From contig NW_027117342.1 of the NCBI RefSeq assembly GCF_038025025.1, forward strand, positions 2,418,001-2,469,777: DNA of 51,777 bases. The letters are read 5' to 3'. The stretch's first letter is position 1. Every line of letters begins with the position of its first letter. The DNA comes from Phyllosticta citribraziliensis. Lineage: Eukaryota. Made by a program: the position numbers and the translations under genes. The notes under the pieces were generated by a model. It worked only from the letters and a program-made list of their open reading frames with translations, did no database searches and was not told where the DNA came from. Below, piece after piece: positions 25,192-36,965 of this stretch.

Positions 25192-26289
25192 TCACCTCAC
25201 GCCGCCAACAACGCGCCCACCACTCGCTCGCGCGCGCCCGTCGGGCGCCTCGTCGCTGTCGCTGCTATCCCGAAACCCCTCCTCCAGCTCGCGGCTCAAC
25301 CGGCGCTCGCCGCGCTCGACCTCGCGCTCGTCGACGACGCCCACCATCATGGCGCCCCCCAGCCCGAGCCCCGTCCCCATGCGGCCCAAGCCCATGCCGG
25401 GCATGCGAGCAGCGGCAGCGGCCGCAGCATCGCTGTTGCGACTCGCCGCGTCGTCGCCATGGCCGTCGCCGTCCCAATTCTCGTGCCGCAGCCGCTCCAG
25501 CGCCTCGCGCCTGGCGGTGGTCTGCACGGGCGCGAAGCCAATCATGCCCTCGCCCTCGTCCGACGCAATGTCGATGTCGGCGTCGCGCTCGTCGTCATCG
25601 GCGTAGTCAAAGTCGTCCGACGACGAGGCGGACGAGTCGAGCAGCGTGCCGCCGCGTCCGGCAGTGCCTGCTTGGCGCCGGGTGCCGGCGCGCCGCCGTG
25701 CGGAGCGGTAGGAGGGCGGGTTGGAGGTGAAGGCGTGCGAGGAGGGCGCAAAGGGGCGCGTCAGGCGGGCGGAGAGGGCGGAGAGCAGGTGGGCGGCGCG
25801 CGCGCTCAGAGCGGCTGGGGAGAAGCGCGACGGCGACGACGACGTATGTTGGTGGTCGTAGGATGTCGAGGCGGCGTGGAGGGGGAGGTAGTGCTGGTAG
25901 CGGCGGATGTAGCGGCGGTGCAGCGGTAGGAGGACGTGCGTTGCCAGGGCGTAGAGGATGCCTGCGACCAGGAGGGGCACGAAGATGGTCTGTTGACGAT
26001 ATGGTTGCGGTTAGTCTTTGGTTGGTTTGCCAAGGGAGTGCTTGATGGGGGTGCAGGCATGGTTTGGCCCAAGTGGGGGTGGCAGAGACGACGTTAGGGC
26101 GGTGCCTTGGTGAAGCGTAGCGCAACGGCGTCGCATTTGCAAATAATGGGCCCGCTGGCTGGCTGTGGTTGGGGCTGGAACGCGGTGGGGAGGAATTGGA
26201 ATTGGGCATGGGGCATGAACAATGGGATTCGGGCAGTGAAGGGCTCAAAGAGGGTGAGGCACCTTTAGGATGGACGAAAAGGCCGTCAT
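25192..26289 (-). CDS. Fungal hypothetical single-pass membrane protein
   Basis: Exon 1 MTAFSSILK, intron ~26262-25990, then TM segment TIFVPLLVAGILYALA and C-terminal RRLSRELEEGFRDSSD. Confidence 0.7.
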
Positions 26290-27389
26290 GGTGTCTGACT
26301 GGCTGCGCGGCGGCGAGCGAGAGGTCGCGCGCAGAGGAACGATTGACGGGGCGCAGATGCGAAATGGAGGATGGAAATCTTGAGCAGAAAAGTAGAGTTG
26401 TGAGACGTCGGACGGATCTGCCTGATGGCACGTTGGGGCCAGATAAGGTCACCTCAGACGGGACGGCGGGCCCGACCTGAGCGGCCTGGAGGTGTTGCGT
26501 CGGGGACGGGCGGAGGTCGTGGGCAGGTCGTGGTCGGCGGCTTGGTCGGAGTTCGAGTTCGGGGGACAGACAGCCCAGTCCAATGAGGTGGTGGTGGTGA
26601 TGGGGCCAAGGCAAGCAACAATATGTACAAGTGCTTGCAGGCCGAAAGCGGCAAGGTGGAGGGTGGATTGTAGCAGCGCGCTGCCGTCTGAGACAGCCAC
26701 GGCCTCGCCGTGTAACGGACAACGGACAACGGACAACGGGCGGCAGCCTGCGGACGGGAGTGCGCCGAAGAAGAGAACGAACGAAGAACAAGTTGAATGA
26801 AGTCGTGGTTGACGGGTCTCGTGGCGCTGGCGTTGTTAGGTTGCCCGGGCCCTGGCTCTCTGAGTCTGAGGCCCTGGGCCCTGGTCGGACCTGAGCGTAG
26901 ACACAGACAGACAGACAGCACCTTGCCTTACTCCTGAAACGTGAAAGAGCAGCCGCACCTCACTTCTCGACATCCTGACCTGCCAAACCCTCTCTTCCCG
27001 ACCCATCTTGCTCTCCACCACACAGTCCCCCCCACCAGAGGGTTCGGCATGCTCATGCGCGCCATCACTCTCGTCGCCGCCCTCCCCTAGCTCTACCTTG
27101 CACCCGCCCACCGCTCCCTCCACCCTGCAAAACCTCGACCTCCGCACTCATCGCCCTCGCCTGGCCGCCCTCTCCACCGCCGCACACGACCAGACTCGAG
27201 CCCTGCACCGGGCACGGCTTTCCCGCCTCTGGCGGATCACGGTACATCCTCTTCACGGAGTCTACGCCTGTTTGTCCTCATTCGCCCTCACTACGCGCCT
27301 GCGCCTGCCATCCCTGCAGCCGTCGCTGCTCTCCGTCCTCGCCGTCCACCCACTCCACTCGTCGACGGCCCCGTCGACACCTGGGCACA

Positions 27390-30300
27390 ATGACGCAAGA
27401 TGCAAAGACGCGCCAGTCCTCGGGCGGCAAGTCCTTCTTTTCGCGCCGCAAGCACAAGGACAGCGAGCTCCCTGAGCCGCCTCCGCAAACCACTCTCTAC
27501 CCGGCGCCCACCAATTCTCCGGGCTCGCGCCACTCCCACCGCTCCTCTGTGGCCTCGATCGACCGCCCATTGTCCATGTTGCCCGACTCCGTGGCTGGCA
27601 TCAACCACGGCGCCGGTGTGCTGACGAGCATACCCTACGACAGCACAAACCAGGACGGGAGATCGCCCGTGCCTGTCGACTACCTACCTCGAGACAACAG
27701 TTCTGCCCGGAGGGAACCGCTGCCCCATCATCTTAATCAGGGTGGCGTAGACTTTCACCAGTACCCCGTCTTCAACGCGCCCCCCCAGTCTTCGAACGGA
27801 AACCCGGTTCCTCCACGGCCGCCCCCGCACACGTCTGCAATGAGCTCAAGTCAGCCGGGCGATAGAGGTGTCTCCATGCAACAATGGGCTCGACCAGGTA
27901 CCAGCAGCTCGAGACCCTATTCGCCAAGCAGCCACAACTACTCCTATGGCTACGCGCCCACCGAGTCTTCGTCCAACACGCGGGCGTCGTCAGATCAGGC
28001 GAGCGTTTACTCAAACCATTCAGGCCAACGAGACACGAAAGGAAGCTACATGTATTCGCCGACGCCCTCGCAACAAAACTTCCAAACGCTCAGTGTAGAC
28101 CAACACACGTTCCTCCCAGCGATCAATCCCAACTCGCGCTTCGCCGCCAGCGCCAACTCTTCAACCGCATCCTTCAACGACCCTGCTGGATTCAATATAC
28201 AAAGACCTGCCGATGACAGGCAAGTCGAGGCAGAATTCATGGCTCTCATGCAGAAGCGTGGTTGGAACAGCTTGCCCGAACAGGCCAGGAGACAAATGGA
28301 GGCGTACCCAGTGGCAAAAAAGTGGACATTGGTTCACCAAGACCGGCTCGCAGAATGGCAAGGAGAACAACGGAGAAGGAACCAAAGAAACACACAACAG
28401 TACTCCGACGGACAAAGCATACTCGGCCGTGCAGACGAGGAGGGCAGCCCGGAGTGGTATGTGAGAAAAGTGTTGGACAATTCAATCACGGCCAAGCAAC
28501 TCCAGTCGCTGAGTGTGAGCTTGCGAACGCAGCCCATCGGATGGGTCAAGGCATTTGTGGAGGCCCAAGGCCAAATTGCGCTCACAAACGTCTTGAACAA
28601 GATCAACCGCAGGCAAGGGCAGGGCCCCGCACCACCACCAGGCCCGCAATCCTCGCAAGACAAGGACCTCGACCGGGAATACGACATTGTAAAGTGTTTG
28701 AAAGCGCTCATGAACAACAAATATGGTGCCGACAATGCTTTGGCCTACCCTCAAATCGTCACTGCCCTCGCCGGGTCACTGATCTCACCAAGACTCAACA
28801 CGAGAAAACTTGTCAGCGAAGTCCTCACATTTTTATGCCACTGGGGCGCTGGAAAAGGCCATGAAAAGGTGCTGCAAGCATTGGACCACCTCAAGCAGCA
28901 GCAGGGCGAGAATGGCCGATTCGATGCTTGGATGCGCATTGTCGAAGTCACGGTCGACGGCAGAGGAAAGATGGGTAGTTTGGTTGGCGCAAGCGATGAA
29001 GCTCGAAGTGGCGGCATTGGATTTGAGAACCTGCTGATGGAATACGCCGTGGCATCCCTATTCCTCGTCAACATGATTGTGGACGCGCCAGAGCGAGATC
29101 TCCAGTTGCGCGTCCACTTGAGGGCGCAATTCACAGCATGCGGCATCAAGCGTATCCTGAACAAGATGGAGGGTTTCCAGTACGACGTAATCGACAAGCA
29201 GGTTGAAAATTACCGCACTAATGAGGCCATTGACTACGAAGAGCTGTTGGAGAGAGAGAACAACAGCATGGTCGACAGCGTCGAGGGCGAAGTCAAGGAC
29301 CTAAACGACCCCGCACAGATAGTCGAGGCTATTATGAACAGGATCCACGGAACCAGGGTCCAAGACTATTTCGTTTCGGCGCTGCAGCACCTGCTCCTGA
29401 TTAGAGACAACGAGGGAGAGGATCGCCTCAAGATGTTCCAACTCGTTGACTCGATGCTGTCGTACGTTGCCATGGACCGGCGGCTGCCGGACATGGACCT
29501 CAAACAGAGCCTCAATTTCACCGTTCAAAGTCTGCTGGACAAACTCTACACAGACTCGGAGGCCCGGCAAGCCAGGGATGAGGCAATCGAGGCACGGCAG
29601 ATTGCCGACGCAGCGATTGCTGAGCGTGATGAGATGCGCGCGCACCTCGAGCTCGGCGCAGATGGCATGGTTGGCAAGCTTCAAAAACAATTGGAAGAAC
29701 AAGCCGCTCTGCTGGACCTCCGAGGGCGTCAAATCAAGCAGCTCAAGGCCGAATTGGACAGCGTACAGTTGGTGCGTGCCAAGGAGATGCAACGCAATGA
29801 GCTCGAGACTCGAGAGCTGTACCTCATGCTTAGAGATGCACAAGATGTTGCTGCTTCTGCTGCAAACAAGAACAAAGCAGACGGCGGTAAAGACATGGGT
29901 CCCACCGACCCTGCGCTCATGGCTGGAATTTTGGACCGGGAGAAGCTCATGGGGAGACTCGAGATGCAGCTTGAGCGGGCCAAGACGCAGGCCAAGCTCG
30001 AGGGCAAGGTCTGGCAGGCCGTCGGACCCTCTGACAAGCTGCGAGAGTTGCGCGAGAAGATGGATGGCTATGACGATGATCGTATTGACAGCGACCATCA
30101 AGTCCCTCTGTCACGTAACGACCTTGCAAACAGCTTCCTCGGCACCGTCACACGCAAGCCCGTTCCCAGGGGCCAGAGAAGAGTGCAACAAGAGGACGAT
30201 GACACGGATGCCGAAAGCCCCGTATTCGAGAAGCCTCGCATCGTCGAGTTCAAGCGGCCCCAGATGGCTTCGCAGCAAAAGGGCGCATTCCTGGGCGAGA

Positions 30301-33090
30301 TTTCCGAGAAGGTCAAGAAGATTGATGGAAGTGATGAAGAGACCGAAGGCGAGGATGAAGAGGAGGCGCCGACCCCTGACACCACAGAACCCAGCGCCGA
30401 ACAGACGCCCAAAACGTCTACAGATGAAGAGAAGTCCTTTGATGGTCCTCCTCCGCCGCCGCCGCCGCCCATGCCAGGCACCGATGGCGCTGCTGCACCA
30501 AGCATGCCCGGTTTCAACAATGCTGCTCCTCCTCCGCCTCCTCCACCAATGCCCGGATTTGGCGGTGCTCCTCCTCCGCCTCCTCCGCCAATGCCGGGCG
30601 CGTCCGGTCCTCCTCCGCCGCCTCCGCCGCCATTGCCTGGATTCAATGGACCGCCGCCGCCTCCCCCGCCGCCTGGATTTGGCGGTCCTCCTCCACCTCC
30701 TCCCCCCGGCGCCCCACCTCTTCCTGGTGGAAGGCGTGGCCCTGGATTCCTGCCGCAGCCCAACTACGCCGGTTCGCAAAAGGTTGGGTTGGCATTTGCA
30801 CGTCCCAAGAAGAAGCTCAAGGCGCTGCATTGGGAGAAGGTCGACACGCCACAAGTCACCATGTGGGCAAACCACGCACCTTCGTACGAGGAGAAGGAAG
30901 AAAAGTATCGGGAGCTGTCCAAGAGGGGTGTGTTGGACGAAGTCGAAAAGCTCTTCATGGCAAAGGAAATCAAGCAGATTGGCAAGAAGAAGGAGGCCAA
31001 GAACGACAAGAAGCAGCTCATTTCGAACGAGTTGGTCAAGACCTACCATGTTGCCTTGGCCAAGTTCTCGCAATACGCTGTTGAGGACATTGTGAGAATG
31101 ATTATCCACTGCGACAAGCCAATCCTCGAGAACGACGTTGTCATGGAGTTTTTGCAAAGGCAGGAGCTCTGCGTCATTCCCGAAAACGTCGCCAAGCAGA
31201 TGGCTCCTTATGCCAAGGACTGGACAGGTCCCGACGCTGCAAATGCATCGCGCGAGCTGGACCCCTCGGAGCTCACCAGGGAGGACCAGATTTACCTCTT
31301 CACTGCGTACGAGCTGCACCACTACTGGAAGTCGCGTATGCGGGCTCTCGACTTGACCCGGGCGTACGAGCCCGAGTACGATGAAATCTTCAACAGGATC
31401 CAGAAGATTGTGCGCTCGTCTGACTCGTTGCGTGACTCCTTGGGCCTTATGAATGTCCTCGGTCTCATTCTCGACATTGGCAACTACATGAACGACGCCA
31501 ACAAGCAGGCCACTGGTTTTAAGCTCTCCTCGCTTGCCCGTCTCGGCATGGTCAAAGATGACAAGAACGAGTCTACTTTTGCAGACCTTGTCGAGCGCAT
31601 CGTGCGCAACCAGTATCCCGAATGGGAAGGCTTCGTCGATGACATTGACGATGTCATTGCTGCGCAAAAGATCAATGTCGATCAGCTAATTGTTGATGCC
31701 AAGAAGTACATTGACAACATCAACAATATTCAGGGCAGCTTGGACTCGGGTAACCTCAGCGACCCCAAGAAGTTCCACCCCGAAGATCGTGTGTCGATTG
31801 TTGTGCAGCGTGTCATGAAGGATGCACGACGCAAGGCCGAGGCCATGGGCGACTACCTGGAGAACATGAAGAAGACATATGATGATATTTTGACATTTTA
31901 TGGCGAAGACCCGTCGGACGAGAATGCCCGCAGAGATTTCTTTGCCAAGCTAGCAGTCTTCGTCATGGAGTGGAAGGTGAGCATCCCTCAACCTGTTTTG
32001 TTTGCTGTTCCCCAAATGCTAACCGCATGATGTGCAGAAATCTAGAGAAAAGAACGTCAGAGTGGAGGAGACGCGCCGCCGCAACGAGGAATCGATGCGC
32101 CGCAAGGCGGCTGCTGCTCCTCTCAGCCCTGGTCTCCGCGACGGGCCACCCCTTTCACCCGCCTCAACCGGCGCAATGGATACCCTCTTGGAGAAGCTGC
32201 GCGCTGCCGCTCCACAAACTCGCGATCAGCGCGATCGCCGCCGCCGTGCGCGCCTCAAGGACCGCCATCAAGTTCGCGTCGCTTCAGGCCAAAAGATGCC
32301 CGATATGCCAGACATGGAGGCAGAAGGCGAAGAATCTGGTGCTTCCGGCAATGCGGCCGCCCAACCAGGAGCGAATGGCCTCCTTTCGCCCAACAGCGTC
32401 TCCGGCAACGGTGACGGCGAAGGCACATCAGGCGACGACGGCGACAAGGACAAGGGTGGTACTAGCGAGGGCGAAGACATTGTCGACCGCGCAGCTGTGA
32501 TGCTGCAGGGTCTGCGTGGCGATGGGACGGGTGAGACTTCGGATATGCCTGGTGCTGTCGGCCGAACCGACGATGGCAGCATTCGCATGCGGCGTCGGAG
32601 AGAGGGCATGGGCGAGGAGCGCGAGAGAAGACGAAGACGCCGCGGTAAGCAGGGTAGCAGCGCAGGACTCGACGACGCAACCAAGGAGGAAGGCGCAGAA
32701 AATGATTCTCGCCCTGGAACCGCGCACTCTCGTCCAGGCACGGGCTACACGGAAGGGCGCGACTCGGTTGCCGAGAGCGAGTCCACGCAGCAGAGCCGCG
32801 AGAGCGATGGCAAGGATAGTGGCGACGGCGAGCGCACCGCACTACCGAGTCCACCGCCCGAGCGGAAAGGCAGCCGAGACGCAGATGCAGACGAAGCCGA
32901 TGAGGAAGGGGATGGCGATGTCACAATGACGGATGCAACGATGACTACGAATGGGGATGGCAGGAAACAAGGGAAGGAAGGGGATGGCGAGAGACCGCAG
33001 TCCCCGCTCCCAACCCCGGTCACAATAGTCAGTCCTCCCAGTCCAGGGGCTGTGGCAAAGGAGAACGGGCAAGGCCACGGGGAAGAGTAA
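27390..33090 (+). CDS. sepA: Formin (SepA/Bni1-like): GBD/FH3, poly-Pro FH1, FH2, DAD
   Basis: LSVSLRTQPIGWV, poly-proline tracts, KLKALHWEKV, GNYMN..GFKLSSL, DAD MDTLLEKL. Intron 31977-32037. Confidence 0.95.
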
Positions 33091-34790
33091 GAGAGGTGAT
33101 GAGAAGGCTCTTCCTGTCTTGCCCTATCCACTCGGGCGCCCCCAATCTTTGGATCCAGTACCTGGATACGCGGCCCACACCTCTCCCTCACTATCACTCT
33201 ACCTCTCCTATCCGGCACCATTTCCTCCTCGTACGGCCTGAAGAATCAATTTAATGGAAGAGCGCAACGTAAACGTACGCACACGCATGGGGAAGCTTCA
33301 GCTTGTCTTCTTTTTGATTTTATTTCTCTACGATACCCATCCCCCCCAACCCCCACCACAACAACTGACCTCTTTGTCTTCGGCTTTTGAGTCTGTCCGT
33401 TGATACGACTGTCATTCTAGCCGGCAAATCAGTTTTCAAAGTTCAACGTCATTTTGGCATCGGCGCTTCCTTGCGTTTGTCGTTCTTCACGGGCACTGCA
33501 CAGCGAATTCGACCACTCTCACCTTCTCCCTCTTCTCCCTCTTTATTTCCTCCCTCTTTTTCCCGTGGCCTTGTCTAGCGGCTCTTTGTCACTACAGATA
33601 ATGTGCAGCTGCCCTTGCGTCATCTTTCCTTCTTTCCTACATCTTCAATGTTCCTTCATGCCTGCTTCTTCTTCTCCCTCCTCTTCATTTGGCCGCTACC
33701 ATAGCTGTTGGGTCACCGACGCGCTACGGCAGGCTGGCTTGTTGTATCTGGCGATCGAGATTCGTTTGGCGATGATTCTTGACTGGGAGACGCGGCGTGC
33801 CGCGCGCCAAAGTTCATCAAGGGGAGAGTGCCCGCCGGCGACGGCAGAGGCGCTAATGTCTGCCGACCAGAGTCTATTATGAGCGTGTTCGGTTTGTGTG
33901 TAGACGGGCGAGTGGCGATTCATCTTCTCTCTGGTCGTTCCCGTTGCTGTCGTTGGGTTTCTGCAGGATGCGACGGGACGAGCGCGGCAGCGCTGCAATG
34001 ATGGAATGGGAAAACGGATTAGAGTTGTAGAGAGAGGGGGGATTGGCCTTGTGGCCAGCCAGCCAGTCAATCGATCAAATCAATGCCTTTTGTAGTCACT
34101 CCGGGCACGTTGACGCGTTCGACGTGCCTGTCTCTCATCGTCTCTTTCTGAAGTCTCTGGTCAATTCTGGCAGCTGCCTTTTGATTTCATTCCTTGTGTG
34201 TATCGGAGGTTGCTCCGTTGCTTAGTTTCCTTGTCTATGTGCAAGCTTCTGTGAATGCTTGAAGCCTTGTGGGAGGGTCATGCACGCAAGTATTGGCATG
34301 GGAGCATGGAGTCACAGCTGCGTGACTAGAAGAGCCGTGGCCGACGGACGGATACCGCGTCCCTCCACCACCCACCTTTGCAGCCTCATCCACGCACCAC
34401 CAACTCCTTTGCGCCAGCCTCTAAGTTGCCAACCTAACAGAGCAGGCACAGGCACGCTGCTCTGCCGGTCACGTGCGAAGCGCACCTTCCTGCCCGACCG
34501 ACCGCAGCCTCCACGCACCCCCCGACGCGCCTGCCTACTTATTGCGCGCCCCGGCAATATCGTGCGCACACTTCTTCATCTTCTTCTTCATCTTCCTCCT
34601 CTGCCACTCCACCACTCCAATACCTCTCCTACCTGGCCATCTGTGCGAGATCATCTCTACCATCCTACCTTACCTACGACATCTTGTGCGCTTCTGCATA
34701 CTCCCTGCGCTTCGGTAGGCTCGCGAGCCAAACGCGTGAGCTGGGTTTGGCGCACGGTCTGCCACGATTTCTCACTTTGCGCGCTCTCTT

Positions 34791-34965
34791 GAGGTGAGCG
34801 TGAGCGCTTTTGGGCGTCGAGAGGTGAGCGTCTCCGGCTGAGCGTCTCCACTCCAAGTGAGCGTCTCCGACTGAGCGTCTCGAGGTGAGCGTCTCCAGCG
34901 ACTCTCTATCTCCGGCTGAGCTTCTCCAGGTGAGCGTCTCGAGGTGAGCGTCTCCAGCGACTCTC
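34791..34965 (+). repeat. Irregular tandem array of TGAGCGTCTC motifs upstream of the DUF7918-like gene
   Basis: 7 exact TGAGCGTCTC copies plus variants, separated by short variable spacers. Confidence 0.85.
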
Positions 34966-35059
34966 CACAACACCACCTTGCCGCCCATCGACACCAACTT
35001 TAGCTGGCCGCAACGTCGACGACCTACCTCAGCATACCTAGCCTTGGACACTCACCACA

Positions 35060-36965
35060 ATGATAAAAGACGGCATTGAGGTTTACGTGCGTCGCACCGG
35101 TCGTGGCACCAGGTACCTTGAATATGAACGCGAGAAGCCCAAGTTCAATTCAAACACGTCGATTGCATACATCAAAGCTATCACCGGCGAACAATTCGAG
35201 GTGCGCATCAAGCTGCACCATGGCTTCCGATACTACACAGCGACCGGTCTTCAGGTCCGCCTGTGTCTCGACGCCAACGAGGCTCCGGACGTATACTGGC
35301 ACCCAAAGAGGTTCCTGCCGGCCGAAGGCTGGGAGACGGTGATTTCTGACTTTTGTGTCGAAGTCGGCGGCGAGTGGCTGGCCGGAAAACTGGCATTTGG
35401 AGAAGTAGGCGGTGGTAAGAACGAAACCACCGTGCAGTTCGAGAGATTCTACGGATTCAAGACTGACCCTGTGCCCGTCAACAAATTTGCAGACACGCCC
35501 AAGCCGACCGACGATCCAGATATCATCGCTGCCTGCCGCCGCAGACTCGGCACTATACGCGTTTCCGTCCAGCGCGGTCATGTCAACTCTGAAGACGCTC
35601 CCGCCCCTTCCATCGAGATCCCGCCTCCTCAGCCTGTCGACTACACCTCCAGCATCAGCGAATCCGATCGCGCTTCTGGCATTACACACAAGATCACGTA
35701 GGTTACTTGAAGTCTCTTCACTCTGTCATCTCTAACCTCTACAGGACTATTGACGGTCGCCCTGTCATTCAGCCCGAGTCCGACGCAGTCACAAGGTTCA
35801 AAGCGGTCGGTGGTCCGCACGGCGAACGCCTGGTCTTTGAGTTCCGTTACCGTTCACTTGGTGAGTCCTCTTCTCCGCCTACGCTTATATCTTCCTGATC
35901 CATTCTCCAGATGAACTTACTCGCCTGGGCCTGTGTGACGAGAACGGGCGCATCGTCGAGCCCGAAGAAGCGGAAGACGAAGAGGAAGAGGACGTCTCTC
36001 CCATACCACCTGTCAGCCGCCGCCGCTTTTCCCCACCGCCGAAGCCACCCATCAGCAAGCGATCGTCCCAATACCGCCCCCGCCGCCGGTCTCCTCCTCC
36101 CAAGCTCTCTCCGGTGAAAGCGAAGACGCCTGCACCTGAGCCTGAGCCTGTCGACCGGACTCTCAACAAGGACCCTGGTATCGCGGAGAAGAAGATCTCC
36201 AGTTTGGGGAAGCCACCCCGCCATGTGGAGAAAACTGTCCCCTTAACAGAGACCGACGAAGAGCGCCGCGCTAGGTACTATCGCCTCCTGGCCCCAATGG
36301 CCCATGTGATGGAACCGACGGCTAAATCTGGTGAACAAACCGTCTTGCGCCCTATCAAGAGAGGCCAGGGGTTTGAGAGTTCAGCCCCAGAATCAGTCAA
36401 GAAGCCGCGTTTGACTGAATCTCAGAGACCTGCTGGTCCCCCTTCTACCACCCGCGCCGCATCGGGGAAGCCTCTACCTGCTGCTTCTACCACTACTGCG
36501 CCGCGCGTGCAAGGTAGTGACATTGGCATTTTCAGTGCAGTAAGAGTGAAGAGAGAGCCCAGTGTTGAGATCACCAAAGTCAGCGTCTCCAGACCTGTGC
36601 CGTCGGCGCCGGCACCATCCATCTCCACCACCCGCAGCGTCCCCAACAAGCCTAGCGTCTCCAGTTCCCAGAGGGTCTCCAGTCACGTGCCTGCGCGCAC
36701 ACGCGCGAATGCTCCCACAGCGCAGACGCCAGTTCCCCAGCAGGACCCTCCCACGTCAACCTCGCCCAAGTCACGCGAGGAACTCGGCATTGAGTTTCGT
36801 GCTCTCGACGTTGAGCGCGAGCTTCTGGCAGTGAAAAGGAAACGGGCTGAGCTTGAACAGCGTCAGAATGAGTTGGAGTTCAATCTGCGCAGGCTCAGGG
36901 CGGAAATGCAGGTGGCGCGCATCCGCAAACAGGAGCGGCTGGCTGCCACTGGCAAAATTGACTAG
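35060..36965 (+). CDS. DUF7918-like fungal protein with disordered middle and C-terminal coiled coil
   Basis: YIKAITGEQFEV, LGTIRVSVQRG, FEFRYRS..L..LG. Introns 35698-35744 and 35861-35910 (probably also 35415-35492) join the ORFs in frame. Family name recalled from motif memory. Confidence 0.7.

Noticed and set aside
29446..31667. 549-aa and 518-aa ORFs overlapping the formin
   Set aside because: Off-frame and antisense shadows of sepA.
34791..34965. CRISPR-like reading of the repeat cluster
   Set aside because: 10-bp core, very short spacers, eukaryotic context, no cas genes.
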